Source: Ginglymostoma cirratum (Eukaryota). Taken from it: 64,000 nt of DNA. Under the pieces are notes generated by a model. It did no database searches and was not told where the DNA came from. It saw nothing but the letters and a program-made list of their open reading frames with translations. Where the stretch lies: positions 5,469,052 to 5,533,051 of the forward strand of contig JAHRHZ010000041.1 of assembly GCA_024137785.1 (NCBI GenBank). The letters are read 5' to 3'. Below, piece after piece: positions 12,720 to 24,191 of this stretch; positions within the stretch are counted from its first letter, which is position 1; every line of letters starts with the position of its first letter. Both the position numbers and the translations under genes were made by a program.

Positions 12720-13262
12720 CTCCTTCTCCTCCAAAGATCAATGAAACAATTCTCCTGGTCCTCACCTTCAACCGAGGCATCCCTGTATTCGATGGATTAT
12801 CCACTGAAATTTTTGTGAGCTGGCCCCACCTTCCCCCACACTTCCCTTTCAGTATTTTGTCCCTTTGGGAACACCCTTCTGTTGCCTCTCGCACCTATTC
12901 CCTTCCCTATGGCACTTCTGTGTAAAGTGGAAGTGTAGCAAGCCCTGTCCTTTCGCCTCCCTCCTTCTCACCAGCTAAGGTCTCAAGTATTCCATCCAGA
13001 TGGAACAGCGATGTACTTGCATTTCACTCAGACTGGGTGATTACTTTGCGGAACACCTCCTCTTGGGCTGCATAGATGAGCCCAAACAGCCTGTCACTGG
13101 TCACTTTAATTCTCCTCCTTGTTCCCACTCTGACCCTCCTGTCCTTGGCCTGTTACAATGTACCAATAAACTCCAGCACAAGCTCCAAAAACAGCACCTC
13201 ATCTTCAGCCTCAGCAGTTTACAGCCTTCCGGACTTAGCACTGATGTCAATAACTTTAGATC
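12720..13262 (+). mobile_element. Old degenerate Penelope-like GIY-YIG fragment
   Basis: ORF 13000-13266 reads RLGDYFAEHL...GHFNSP...QHLIFSLSSLQPSGL. Confidence 0.75.
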
Positions 13263-13287
13263 ATAACCTGTGTCTCCATCTTGTTCT

Positions 13288-13530
13288 TGTAGTGATTGTA
13301 ACGAGGTTAGCCAGGCATACCTCATAGAATATGAGTTCCCTGACTGGGATTGTTAACCTTGTTAATCCTTCAATCAGGGAGCCCTGGCTGACAGATGTAA
13401 ACAGGACTGTCAGAGGCTCTGTTCACCCTGAAAGCTGGCCCTGATGGAGCTGGATCAGTGTCAAGGACTGTCCACGTGTAAATAAAGGGTGACTAGGTGA
13501 TGGGATACCAGCCTCTATGGAGTTATTTCA
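13288..13530 (+). mobile_element. Solo LTR
   Basis: TGTAGTG...TATTTCA termini (TG...CA) with internal AATAAA and a second copy at 734-969. Possible 5-bp TSD gttct/gttgt. Confidence 0.7.
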
Positions 13531-14554
13531 GTTGTGTGTGTGTTTTTTTTATCCTATTGATTTTTCTTTCTGGCTTGCTTCTCCCTTGATCTCTCCATAT
13601 TGTGCTCAGGCCTCTGGAGCATGAACTGACTCCCACAAGTCTCCAGATCAGAAGCAAGAATCCGCCTCACTGAACCACTGCCAAACACCTACGTGTTAGG
13701 CCAAGTTGCTGTCAAAAGTTGGAAAGGGCAAGATATTCAGAAAATAGAGACAGGGGCCTGAGGCCTGGCTGCTATTTCGACACGCAATTCTCATCCAAAC
13801 ACAAAGTTCTGAAGAAGTCATATATTGGACTCAAAACATCAATTCCATTTCTTTTTCCACATACGCTACCAGCCTTGCTAAGTTTTTTGTTCAGTGTTAC
13901 TTCTGCTGAGACTGGTTTTATTACCATCTTTGGCATTCTCAGTCAGTTATAACTGGATCTTTCTAACTAAGTTGTTTTTAGTGGAATGCAATATTGTCAA
14001 ACATTTTGCGTAGTTTCTTTAAATGTTTCTCATTGTTTATTCATCTTTCAGTTTGTGTACGCAGAATGTGTTCTCCTGTTGTTCAGACCTCATCTGATTG
14101 TAATTTAAATGCCTACATCATGGTTGGATCTTTGGTTCTTCAGATAAAGGTGTAAGGTTTTGTTAAGATCATTATGTCAATAATATTGGCCTGGAGTTAC
14201 ATGTTGTCCAAATTGGATGGCAGCCAGGATTCCCTTCCATGATGGCACTTCCTGGACCAGGTCTCCTGGCCATTTTTATAATGCCAACCCACAAATCACC
14301 AGATCTTTCACAATTTCATCTTGGGAAATTTGGCCTTATACTCCCTCAGTTATTAGTCACGTACTATAGGAACTAGAGAATCATATGATTTCATACAGCA
14401 TTGTACAATGCTAATCTCCACAATATGAAGGGATATACATATATACATAAAGAAAACCATGCAATGAGAGAAAGGTCATTCACACCATTAAGCTTATTCC
14501 TTTTACACAGCAAATGCAAATTTCTCTATCTCCAACTCTCACCATTCAGTGTCT

Positions 14555-14780
14555 CCCCATTCATAGAGTCTGCCCCAGTCTCAGAGTCATTCCTCAATCA
14601 CAGTCTACCCCAGTCAGTCTTCCCCACAGACCCTTCCCCAGTCACAGCTTCCTCCAGTCTCAGCATCCCTAGTCAGTTTCCACCACAGAGTTTACCCGAG
14701 TCAGTGAATCTTCCTGTCACAGAGCCTTCCGATTGCACACCGCTCTCAGCTCAAAACCTCCCCGAGCACTGACCTTCCTC
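14555..14780. repeat. Degenerate ~18-19 bp minisatellite (cccagtcacagagtcttc-like)
   Basis: Repeated cccagtc/cacag motifs. Confidence 0.6.
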
Positions 14781-15016
14781 CTATCTTCCTGCAGCCATCT
14801 AATGTCAATCAGAACGAACACATACATCGTTGATTCCGAAAGAAAAATGAATACCACCCTGAAATTTGGTCTATCTTAGGGTCACCTTCTTCACCTTTCA
14901 GCTCCTCCCACAGTGTTTTATTTAAAACACAATCTCAATGTCACCCTATCGCTATTTTCTGAATATCTTGCCCTTTCCAACTTTTGACAGCGACTTGGCC
15001 TAACACATTGGTGTTT

Positions 15017-15420
15017 GGCAGTGTATCAGTGGGGCGGATTCTTGCCTCCGATCTGGAGACTTGTGGGAGTCAGTTCATGCTCCAGAGGCCTGACCTAAAA
15101 AAATCCAAGATAACAGATAATGCAGCGCTCTCAGAGTATTGCTCTGTCAGAGAAATGACCTGTCAACTGAGAGTCCGTCTGCTTTGCAAAGGATCCTGTG
15201 GCAGCATTTCACAGAAGAGCAAGGCTCCCAGTGCTCTGGCTAATACTTACATTTCAACCACTATCACTGAAAGGGACCATCTGGTTGTTATCATGTTATT
15301 GTTTGTGGGAGCTTGCTGTGCATAAATTGGCTGCTGCATTTCACTATCATAACAGTAACTCCACTTCAAAAGTACTTCATTGGTTGCAAAATTTTTTGGA
15401 TGTCCTGAATTCACAAAGGG
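15017..15420 (+). mobile_element. Deu-domain SINE (SacSINE1/AmnSINE1-like); further decayed copies at ~3425-3660, ~8615-8825 and ~41210-41890 (minus)
   Basis: gtttgtgggagcttgctgtgcataaattggctgctgcattt...cttcaaaagtacttcattgg motif. Confidence 0.7.
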
Positions 15421-15962
15421 AGCTGTGTACGCGATCAGTTCTGGTCGCCCTTCTACAGGAAGGATGTTGTTAAACTTGGGAGGGTGCAGAAAAGATTTAC
15501 AAGGATGTTGCCAGGGTTGGAGGGTTTGAGCTACAGGGAGAGGCTGAATAGGCTGGGGCTATTTTCCCTGGAGTGTCGGAGGCTGAGGGGTGATCTTATA
15601 GAGGTTTATAAAATCATGAGGGGCATGGATAGGGTGAATAGCCAAACACTTTTTCCAAGGGTAGGGGAGTCCAAAACTTGAGTATTAGATTTAGGGTGAG
15701 AGGGGAAAGAAATAAAAAGGACCTGAGGGGTAACTTCTTCACACAGAGGGTAGTGCGTGTATGGAATGAGCTGCCAGAGGAAGTGGTGGAGGCAGATACA
15801 ATCATAACATTTAAAAGGCATCTGGATGGGTACATGAATAGGAAGGGTTTAGAGGGATATGGACTAAATACCAGCACGTGGGACTAGGTCAGATTGGGAT
15901 GTTTAGTCGGCGTGGACGAGTTGGACCGAAGGGTCTGTTTCTGTGTTGTATGACTCTATGGC
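15420..15962 (+). mobile_element. CR1/HER1-like LINE 3' fragment
   Basis: Reads QKRFTRMLPGLEGLSYRERLNRLGLFSLE, with a (tatgactc) tail. Confidence 0.9.
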
Positions 15963-16619
15963 TATAAATGTATGTTCTTTCTGTCAATCATAAGAAAACA
16001 CCATTATTCAAACTTGTTCCAGAAAGTCTACCAACTGAAACTGCTCCACTACACACCTTGCTCAGTTAAAGCCGCAATTCAATGATCCCATCTTATCAAT
16101 TCAGGTCAGAGTTGGATGAGATCCAGCCATAGCTGCACTGATAGTTAAGCTTTTCTCCTTTGCAGCTGGAATTTTTCAAAAGCATATTTTGTCGGAGTCT
16201 TTGTCCAGTAGATCCTAATCACTCATATCAAAATAATATCAAACCTTTGAGCTGCACCACCTCCTCGAACCATTGGAGTCTGTGCCCAGACAGCGACATG
16301 TCTTGCTTTTCCTACCTGGCTTCCTATGCTGGCACTTTCTCTGCATTGCCTCAACACGTTTTAATATTCTATTAAACATTCTTAAAGGGACATTACCAAG
16401 GATCGATCACTGGATGGATACACCATTAACAGGAGAGAATAAGTCACACAGACCCCCAGAACACCAGATGCAATGCCTACCTACTCTACACTGTTATTTA
16501 ATCTCAGCTGGATGCTCAAATTAGCCTCAGTGTCCCAGACTAGATAGGGACAAAAACAAAATCTAAAGCAGAGCTCTGTTCCTGATCAATGCCCAGTGAC
16601 TTCTGCTGAGACAACACTC

Positions 16620-16985
16620 AAGCCCCACCCCCATTTCCTATCTACCAACCTCATCCCGCCCCCTTGACCTGTCCGTCCTCCCTGGACTGACCCATCTCCT
16701 CCCTACCGCCCCCACCTACACTCACCTTTACTGGCTCCATCCCGCCTCTTTGACTTGTCTGCCTCCTCTCCACCTATCCTCTCCTCTATCCAGCTTCTAT
16801 CCGCCTCCCCCTCTCTCTCTATTTGTTTCAGAACCCTCTTCCCCTCCCCCATTTCTGATGAAGGGTCTAGGCCCGAAACGTCAAGCTTTCCTGCTCCTAT
16901 GATGCTGCTTGGCCTGCTGTGTTCATCCAGCTCCACACCTTGTTATCTCGGATTTTCCAGCATCTGCAGTACCTATTATCTCTCA
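16620..16985 (+). mobile_element. Penelope-like terminal (pLTR) fragment in SCN4B intron 1
   Basis: Same sequence as the arms at 30721-31635, and includes a hammerhead motif. Confidence 0.85.
16851..16886 (+). ncRNA. Minimal type I hammerhead ribozyme motif
   Basis: attt-CTGATGA-a-gggt(ctag)gccc-GAAA-c-GTC-aagc. Confidence 0.7.
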
Positions 16986-17129
16986 TTCACATGAACTGTT
17001 GGGTGTGACTGCCACCCACCCTAGCCCTTTCCCTTCCCACTACCACATCATACAGCCTTACAAAGGAGGGGCCATTCAATCCATCATGCCTGTGTTGGCT
17101 CATTCACAGCACTATTACCCCCACTACCC

Positions 17130-20100
17130 TATCCAGAACTCTACAAATCATTGGTCAGACCACATTTGCAATGGTGTGTTTAGTTCTTATGTAAGTAAGG
17201 ATGTTAAAGCCCCAGAGAGAGCTCAAAGGAGATTACCAGGAATGAAGGATATAAGGAAAGATTAGAGAAATTGGGATTATTCTCCTTGGAGCAGAGAAGA
17301 CGAAGGGGTAACTTCATTGAAGTGTTCAAAATCATGAATAATTTTGACATAAAGGAGGATATTCTGTTTCCACTAGCTAGTATGTCAGTAACTGGGCGCC
17401 ACAATTTCAAGATCGTCAGCAAGAAAGCTAAGAGTAAGTTGAGGAGAAACTTCTTTACTCAGAGTTGTTAGGATTTGGAATGCACTGCCTGGGAGAGCGG
17501 TGGAGGTGGATTCCATGCAAGGTTTCAAAACAGAGCAGGATATATATTTAACAATAATGAATTTAGAGGTCTGGAGAGTGGAGCTAGCTGGGTAACTCTT
17601 TTGGGAGCTGGTACAAACACAAAGAGACAAATGGCTTCCTTCTGTACTGTAAAATTTTATGATTCTTTTTCCCCATAGGCCCTGCAAATATCTTTTCCCT
17701 TCCCAAGTTTGTCTCCAATTTTTTTCTGATAGCAATAAGTCTTTAGCAATTTTACCTATCACTGGATATGTTTATGCAAAGTTTGGGAAATGGTTCACAG
17801 TAGGACCTCTGACCTTACCTCCATATGGATAGTGGATATCGGAGGGCACTACCACTGTACGGCAGTTTTGTCCAAGTATTTTATCAGTATGTACTCACAT
17901 AACCTTGAAACATTAAATAGCAAGTTCAGATCCCTACTTTTCTTGCTGGTCATTGATTCTAATGGATTCTAATAGTTTAAGATTCATCTTTAAGTGCAGC
18001 AATAACATTCTCCAAACCTCAAGTCTCACAAAATTCAAACAGATTAAACTGGAACTTAATACAGCCCTTCTAATGTAACAAAATGATCTGACACATTAAG
18101 ATAATCAGCTGAAATTTGACACTGAGCCACGAGGAGATGGTTAAAGAGCTGGACTATAAGGTGCACTTTGATGAAGGTTAGATAAATGCAGAAGGTCAGG
18201 GATGAGCTTTCAGTGCGTTGGATCCATACCTGCAAAAGTACTACCGTCAACTGTGAGCCGGTAAAACTGGGCACTGCGCAGGTCAGATTTGAAGAAGTGG
18301 AGAAGTGGACAAGCCATGGCAAGGGTGGGAATTGTATAGCCAACAAATAAGCAGTTTAAGTATTAATCAGACTGAGTTTTCTGAATTTCAAGAAGTGGGC
18401 CACTAGGACAAAGGGTAATTCACAACCACAGGGCACAGATTGAACACTCCTCGTCTAATCTAGGCCTGCAAGTCTTGGGTATCTGAAAAGACTGTCATGA
18501 CAAATTAGTCACGACCCCTCAAAAAAATGGTGTGCTATACAAAGAACCTATTCACAGAATGGTTACACAATGGAAAGAAGCCATTGGGTCCATTTTATCT
18601 GCGCTGGCCCTCTCAAGGAGCAATTTAATCCTCACCTTCTCCCCATAACCCTGCCCATACCTTCTTTTCAGGTAAAAATCTAATGCCGTCTTGAAAGTCT
18701 CGATTGAAACTGCCTCTGTTGCACACTCAGGCCACACATTCCATACTCTAACTACTCATTGCACAAAAACATTTCTCCTCAAGTCTCCATTGATCCTGTT
18801 ACCAATTACCTTAAATCTGAGCCATTAGGTTCTTGACAATTTCACTGATGGGAACAGTTTTTCTCTATCTTCTCTGACTGGAATCCTCATGATTCAGTGT
18901 GTCTCTACAAAATCTCCTTTCCTCCTTCTCTGCTCCAAGGAAAACAGTCCCAACTTCTCCAATAAACCAACAAAGCCGAAGTTCTTCATATCTGGAACCC
19001 TTCTTGTGAATCTTTTCTGCACTGTGTCCCATACCTTCACATCCATCCTACAGTGTGGCACCCAGAACAGAATGCGATATTTGAGTTGAGGCCCAGCCAA
19101 TGTTCCAACTTTTCCTGCCACTGTCAATGATTTATGCATATATACATCAAGGTCTCTCTATTCCTGTAGCCCTTTTAGTAGTATCTCTTTGGTTTATACT
19201 GTTTCTCTGCATTCTTCCTACCAAAATGAGTTACTTCACACTCTTCTGTTAAACTTCATCCACCATTTGGTCGTCCTTTCCACCAGCCTTTGCCCATAGC
19301 TTGACTCGATCCCACTAATGGTTCATAGTGAGACGATCAGAAACTGGAGATTATGTAAAGTTGTTCCAGATGGCACATTAACCCTGAGACTCTCTTCCAC
19401 TTTCAAGGCAAATGTCACAAAAAAAATCAGTTTTTACATCCTTCCTCATCATTTGATGGAAAGGGAGGTATATCCAAAATGCCACTGGATGCATGGACAG
19501 TAGCTACAAACTGATAGAGAATTACATAAGAACATAAGAACTAGTAGCAGGAGTAGGCCATCCAGACCCTCGAGCCTGCCCCGTCATTTAATAAGTTCAT
19601 GGCTGATCTTTTTGAGACTCAGCTCCACTTACCCACCAACTCACTATAACCCTTCATTCCTTCACTGTTCAAAAATCTAGTTATCTTTGCCTTAAAAACA
19701 TTCAATGAGGTAGCCTCGACTGCATCACTGGGCAGGGAATTCCACAGATTCATAACCCTTTGGGTGAAGAAGTTCCTCCTCAACTCAGTCTTAACTCTGC
19801 TCCCCCTTATTTTGAGGCTGTGCCCCCTAGTTCTTGTTTTACCTGCCAGTGGAAACAACATCCCTGCTTCTGTCTTATCTATTCCTTTCCATAATTTTAT
19901 ATGTCTCTATAAGATCCCCCCTCATTCTTCTAAATTCAAATAAGTACGGTATCAATCTACCCATTCTTTCCTCGTACGCCAACCCTCTCAACTCTGAAAT
20001 CAACCCAGTGAACATCCTCTGCATCCCCTCCAGTGCCAGTACATCCTTTCTCAAGTAAGGAGACCAAAACTGTACACAGTACTCTCGGTGTGTCCTCACC

Positions 20101-20250
20101 AGCACCCTATACAAATGCAACGTAACATCCCTGCTTTTTCAACTCCACATCCCTCTACCAATAAAGGACAAAATTCATTTGCCTTCTTAATTACCTGGTG
20201 CACCTGCAAACCAATTTTTTGGGATTCATGCACAAGAACACCCAGATCAT
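17130..20250. mobile_element. Cluster of CR1 3' fragments (17130-17670 +, 18550-19290 -, 19520-20250 -)
   Basis: Repeated LGLFSLEQRR and RRNFFTQRV motifs, with an (acataaga)n tail at ~19523-19541. Confidence 0.85.
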
Positions 20251-21033
20251 TGAGATGTGAACTTCTGAATCTAAATCTTAACAGGAATAAAAAAAATTAT
20301 CCCCTGATCTGAATGTTTACCCCAACTGGATCATGCCAAGGGGGTTACAATGGTCAAAATTCCAGTCTCAATTCTGCGGCCGGGAGCAATGTTTCAATTT
20401 AAATCTCGATCTGAGTCACAGTTTTTGGTTTTAAAACTCCCATTGACCCCAGAAACCCAAAAGCAACATCTGTAATGCCAAGGGTATTTGCCCGGTCGCT
20501 GTTGGCGATCAGAGCTTAGGGAGATAGGGTCAGAACAGCAGCGTGTGATCAGGGAAATGCGGATATCGGGTTATTTTCGGAGTTGGTGCAGGACGGCCTC
20601 TGAGTCTGGAGGGAGTTACTCAACTCCAAGTAAACATACATTGGCACTTCACACACAGCTCCCAGCTAGCAGCCAGCTCTCAGATCCAATCCCTATCAGC
20701 ACAGCAGTCATCTGCATTTCAGTTCAATAAAACTCACAACAACATAAGCATTTGTTTGCACCAATCAGTCCAGCGCGTCCTTTCGATCAATAACCAGACA
20801 AGGGAGCAAACGCACAATCTGTCAGAAATGGGGGAACGGAGTAAACCACTTATATAAAAGAAAAGAAGAAACAGCAAGCAAAAGAAAGAAACCCCGCAAT
20901 ATTAAGATTTATGCGAAACCTGTTCCCTGCGGATGGAGAGGACTCAATGAAATGCACTCACTGATTAGTAAATCATTTTTTAAAAAGTTCACAGTCACCG
21001 CAATTCTGACTAGCTTGAGGTCCCTGTTCTTAC

Positions 21034-21121
21034 CGATTAGAATGGCCGCTAAAAGTCTACAAGGGGAGGTTTTCCTTGCTTCCACTCCACCGAAGTCCAA
21101 GGGCACTTTCTGAGCCCTCAT
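21034..21121 (-). CDS. SCN4B: Sodium channel beta-4 subunit, coding exon 1 (signal peptide, MRAQKVPLDFGGVEARKTSPCRLLAAILI-G)
   Basis: ATG at 21121-21119 and strong donor G|GTAAGA at 21033. Phase 1 joins exon 2 to give a continuous hydrophobic signal core, CRLLAAILIGFVVF. Lies in a unique, relatively CpG-retaining region next to (GA)n/(CA)n tracts. Confidence 0.8.
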
Positions 21122-21700
21122 TCTAGGAGAGTTCAATCAATACCTGCGGCTGAGAATCGCGGGATGTTGTGGAACTGAAGGGACTGGAGACAATGGGGGA
21201 GTGCTGCTTTGAAAGGTCTGATGTTAACCACAGACAGAAAGACAGAGAGACGGGGTGGGGAAACAGCAGTTCTCACTGTGTGGATGGTCAGTGAGGATCT
21301 GCTCTTCCCAGGGACTGGGACTCAGACAGAGAGAGAGAGAGAGAGAAAGGGGAGGAACTGCGTCTGTGTTTGGTGTACAGTAACCTCCCACTTGTTCTGT
21401 CTCCCTGTCTCCACACACACACACACACACACATACATACACACTGCGTAAACCTGATCCTGGAGCCGGGACAGCAGCGAGAAATCCCTTATCATTCCGT
21501 TCACTGCAAATTCTGCATTGCAGTCACAAAACTGCTTTCGTCATCACCCATGAGGGACCAAGCAAAACACCAGTCTGCAAAGACACGGCGATTTATTACC
21601 AAAATAAACCTTACCATCAATAACTTTGGAAACGTTGATGGTTCCAGACTAGTGCAAATCGTTCTTCCCCCCCAATAATTTATCAAAGTTTAACAACTTT
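21122..21700 (-). promoter_or_regulatory. Probable SCN4B 5' UTR and promoter region
   Basis: Unique sequence directly upstream of the ATG, with no upstream ATG for more than 300 nt. Contains (GA)n at ~21326-21346 and (CA)n at ~21412-21443. The transcription start cannot be located from sequence alone. Confidence 0.5.
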
Positions 21701-24064
21701 CTGAACTTGGTCTCCTGACTGTTTAAGATTGAAGGTGTTCAGAGCAACTGGCTTGAATTTTGCAGGTTGATTTGGAATACTATCGCAGTGATCAATAGGT
21801 TTCAGGACATCTTGGGAATGCTCATTCTTGGACCATTCTGACTTTGATGGGATCACATTACACCCGTCAGCGTCTCCCTGAACTCGCCGCTAAAATAGAA
21901 AGCTCTATTAAATGAACAGTTCCGGTAGCTCAGCTTCCCAATTCCGGGAACATGCCACAAGATAGGGAACTGGGTTAGAGCTGCTCACATTCCAGCTTCT
22001 CTCCTGTTTTGGAGGGAACCAGGTTCCTATTGGGTTCAGATTCCACAGCCTCCATTTGGCACACAAGCCCAGTCAGTTTCAATCCCTGGTCGTACAGCTT
22101 CACCCAATTCCATCCCCACGGTCCGGGCACCAAACTGGCGGTGGGGGGCAGGTGTTTGCACCCATTTGTCCAATCCCCTCCCTGGCCTCTAGCCTCCCTG
22201 TGTCTCCTAACCTCCCCAACGTGACACCCTCCTATCTGCTCTCCTCCAATTCTGGCCTCTTGCACATTCCCAATGATAGCCACTCCACAACTGGTTGTGG
22301 TACAGTCTGTCACCTAGGCCCCAAGGTTCGGAACTCCTTCCCTAAACCCCTCTGCCTCTGGACATCATTTTTCTCCTTTAAGATGCTTCTAAAATCAATA
22401 TTTTGGTCAGCTGCACTCTTTGACTGGCTCAGAGTCAGATTAACTCTAACAATGGTTATGTCAAGTACCTTGACACATTTCAGGTTAAAGGTGCTATGTA
22501 GGTATTTGTTGTGATTGTCACTTGACATTCCCCCTTGAAAATTCAGTCCAAGCTTTGCATCTTAATTGTTAACCTGTTCTTTAGGGTGACTGTGGAACTC
22601 ATTGCCGCAGAGGGCTGTGGAGGCCAAATCATTGAGTAACTTTAAGACAGAGGTAGATAGGCTGTTGATGACGAAGGGAATCAAGGGTTATGGGGAGAAG
22701 GCAGGAGAATGGGGTTGAAAAACATATCAGCCATGATTTAATGGCAGACCAACTCAATGGGCTGAATGGCCTACATCTGCTCCTATATCTTAGGGAAGCA
22801 AAACCACAGGGTAGAGACTGGGCCCTTCTTCAAATAAACAGCTCAGCAGGGGTGATGGCCACAACATTAGTCAGAGCACTGAGCTAGGGGGGCAGTGATG
22901 GGTGTCTCATCTCAAACTCCTTCTGACAGGATGGGGTGGGATACCAGGTGAGAGTAGACACCGTGAGTGAACTTTTAAAAAAATACACATTTGTATTTTC
23001 TTTGGGGAGCAGAGATGTCTTTCTGAGAAGACCACCCTTCCTCAGTCACACCCTGAGCCTCCTCTCTACTTCCTTCAACCTCCTTCTCAGCTCTACCACT
23101 AATTCCCCTGGCCACAACCCTGTACTGTCGTCTCCAGTTTGCAACCTGCCTCCCCTTCCCAGTGACATCCCAGCCATTTCCAAGATCAACCATGATCTTA
23201 TTGAATCGCACAGCAGTCTTAGCAACTGAATACTACACCACCTCTGTAATACCTGACCTCAATACATCAATCTGATGGCACACCGATGCAGGAGTTAGCA
23301 ACAACATTTTTTTAAAAAAGTAAAACTTCCCATGACTTAACAGAGTTATATTTTGTTTTATGTTGTTTCTAAGTCACATAAGAAGATATTGGTTCAGATG
23401 AGCAAAGGTTTGGTCAAGGTGTTAAAAGGTGAATTCACCATAGCCCCGTTCTGTCATTACAGAGAGATGACTGGTGATGGTTTAACTGAAGGATCCCCTT
23501 ACTTCAGGCAAGAGGTTGAGGAGGGAAGTCCTTCAACCTCAGCTGCTGCAGGATCTGAACCCACATGATTGGCATTGAAAAATAGCCAACTGAGCTAACT
23601 GAGCCCAAGTTAGGTATTAAGCAGCGTCTTAAAGGAGGGAGAGAGGAAGCTTACTCTAGTCAAGAGGAAGAAGGAAGCTTACTTAAGGTTAAGGAATCAA
23701 GGATTGGGCAGGGCTCTAGAGGGCTACAATGTAGCCAGGAAGGAACTGAAAAATGGACTTAGGAGAGCGAGAAGAGGGTATGAAAAAGCCTTGGCGGGTA
23801 GAATTAAGGAAAACCCCAAGGTGTTCTATACTTAGATGAGGAACAAGAGGATGGCCAGAGTGAGGGTAGGGCCGATCAGGGATAGTGGAGGGAACTTGTG
23901 CATGGAGTCGGAGGAGGTAGGGGAGGTCCTTAATGAATACTTCAGTATTCACCAGCGAGAGGGACCTTGACGTTTGAGAGGAATGTGTGAAACAGGCAGA
24001 TATGCTCGAACAGATGTTAGAAAGGAGGACGTGCTTGAAATTTTGAAAAACATGAGGATATATA

Positions 24065-24191
24065 GAACCCTCTTCCCCTCCCCCATTTCTGATGAAGGGT
24101 TTAGGCCCGAAACGTCAAGTTTTCCTGCTCCTATGATGCTGCTTGACCTGCTGTGTTCATCCAGCCCCATGCTTGTTATCTCGGATTCTCC
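24065..24191 (+). mobile_element. 127-bp Penelope-like terminal fragment inserted into a CR1 LINE
   Basis: 10-bp TSD aggatatata 24055-24064 / 24192-24201. Removing the insert restores the CR1 ORF2 NMRI(D)KSPGPD motif. Confidence 0.9.
24085..24120 (+). ncRNA. Minimal type I hammerhead ribozyme motif
   Basis: attt-CTGATGA-a-gggt(ttag)gccc-GAAA-c-GTC-aagt. Confidence 0.72.

Noticed and set aside
17899-17953. Alternative SCN4B exon 1 candidate (MTSKKSRDLNLLFNVSRL, phase-1 GTGAGT donor)
   Set aside because: Poor hydrophobic core. The exon at 21034-21121 gives a proper signal peptide with the conserved junction glycine. It cannot be excluded as a minor exon.
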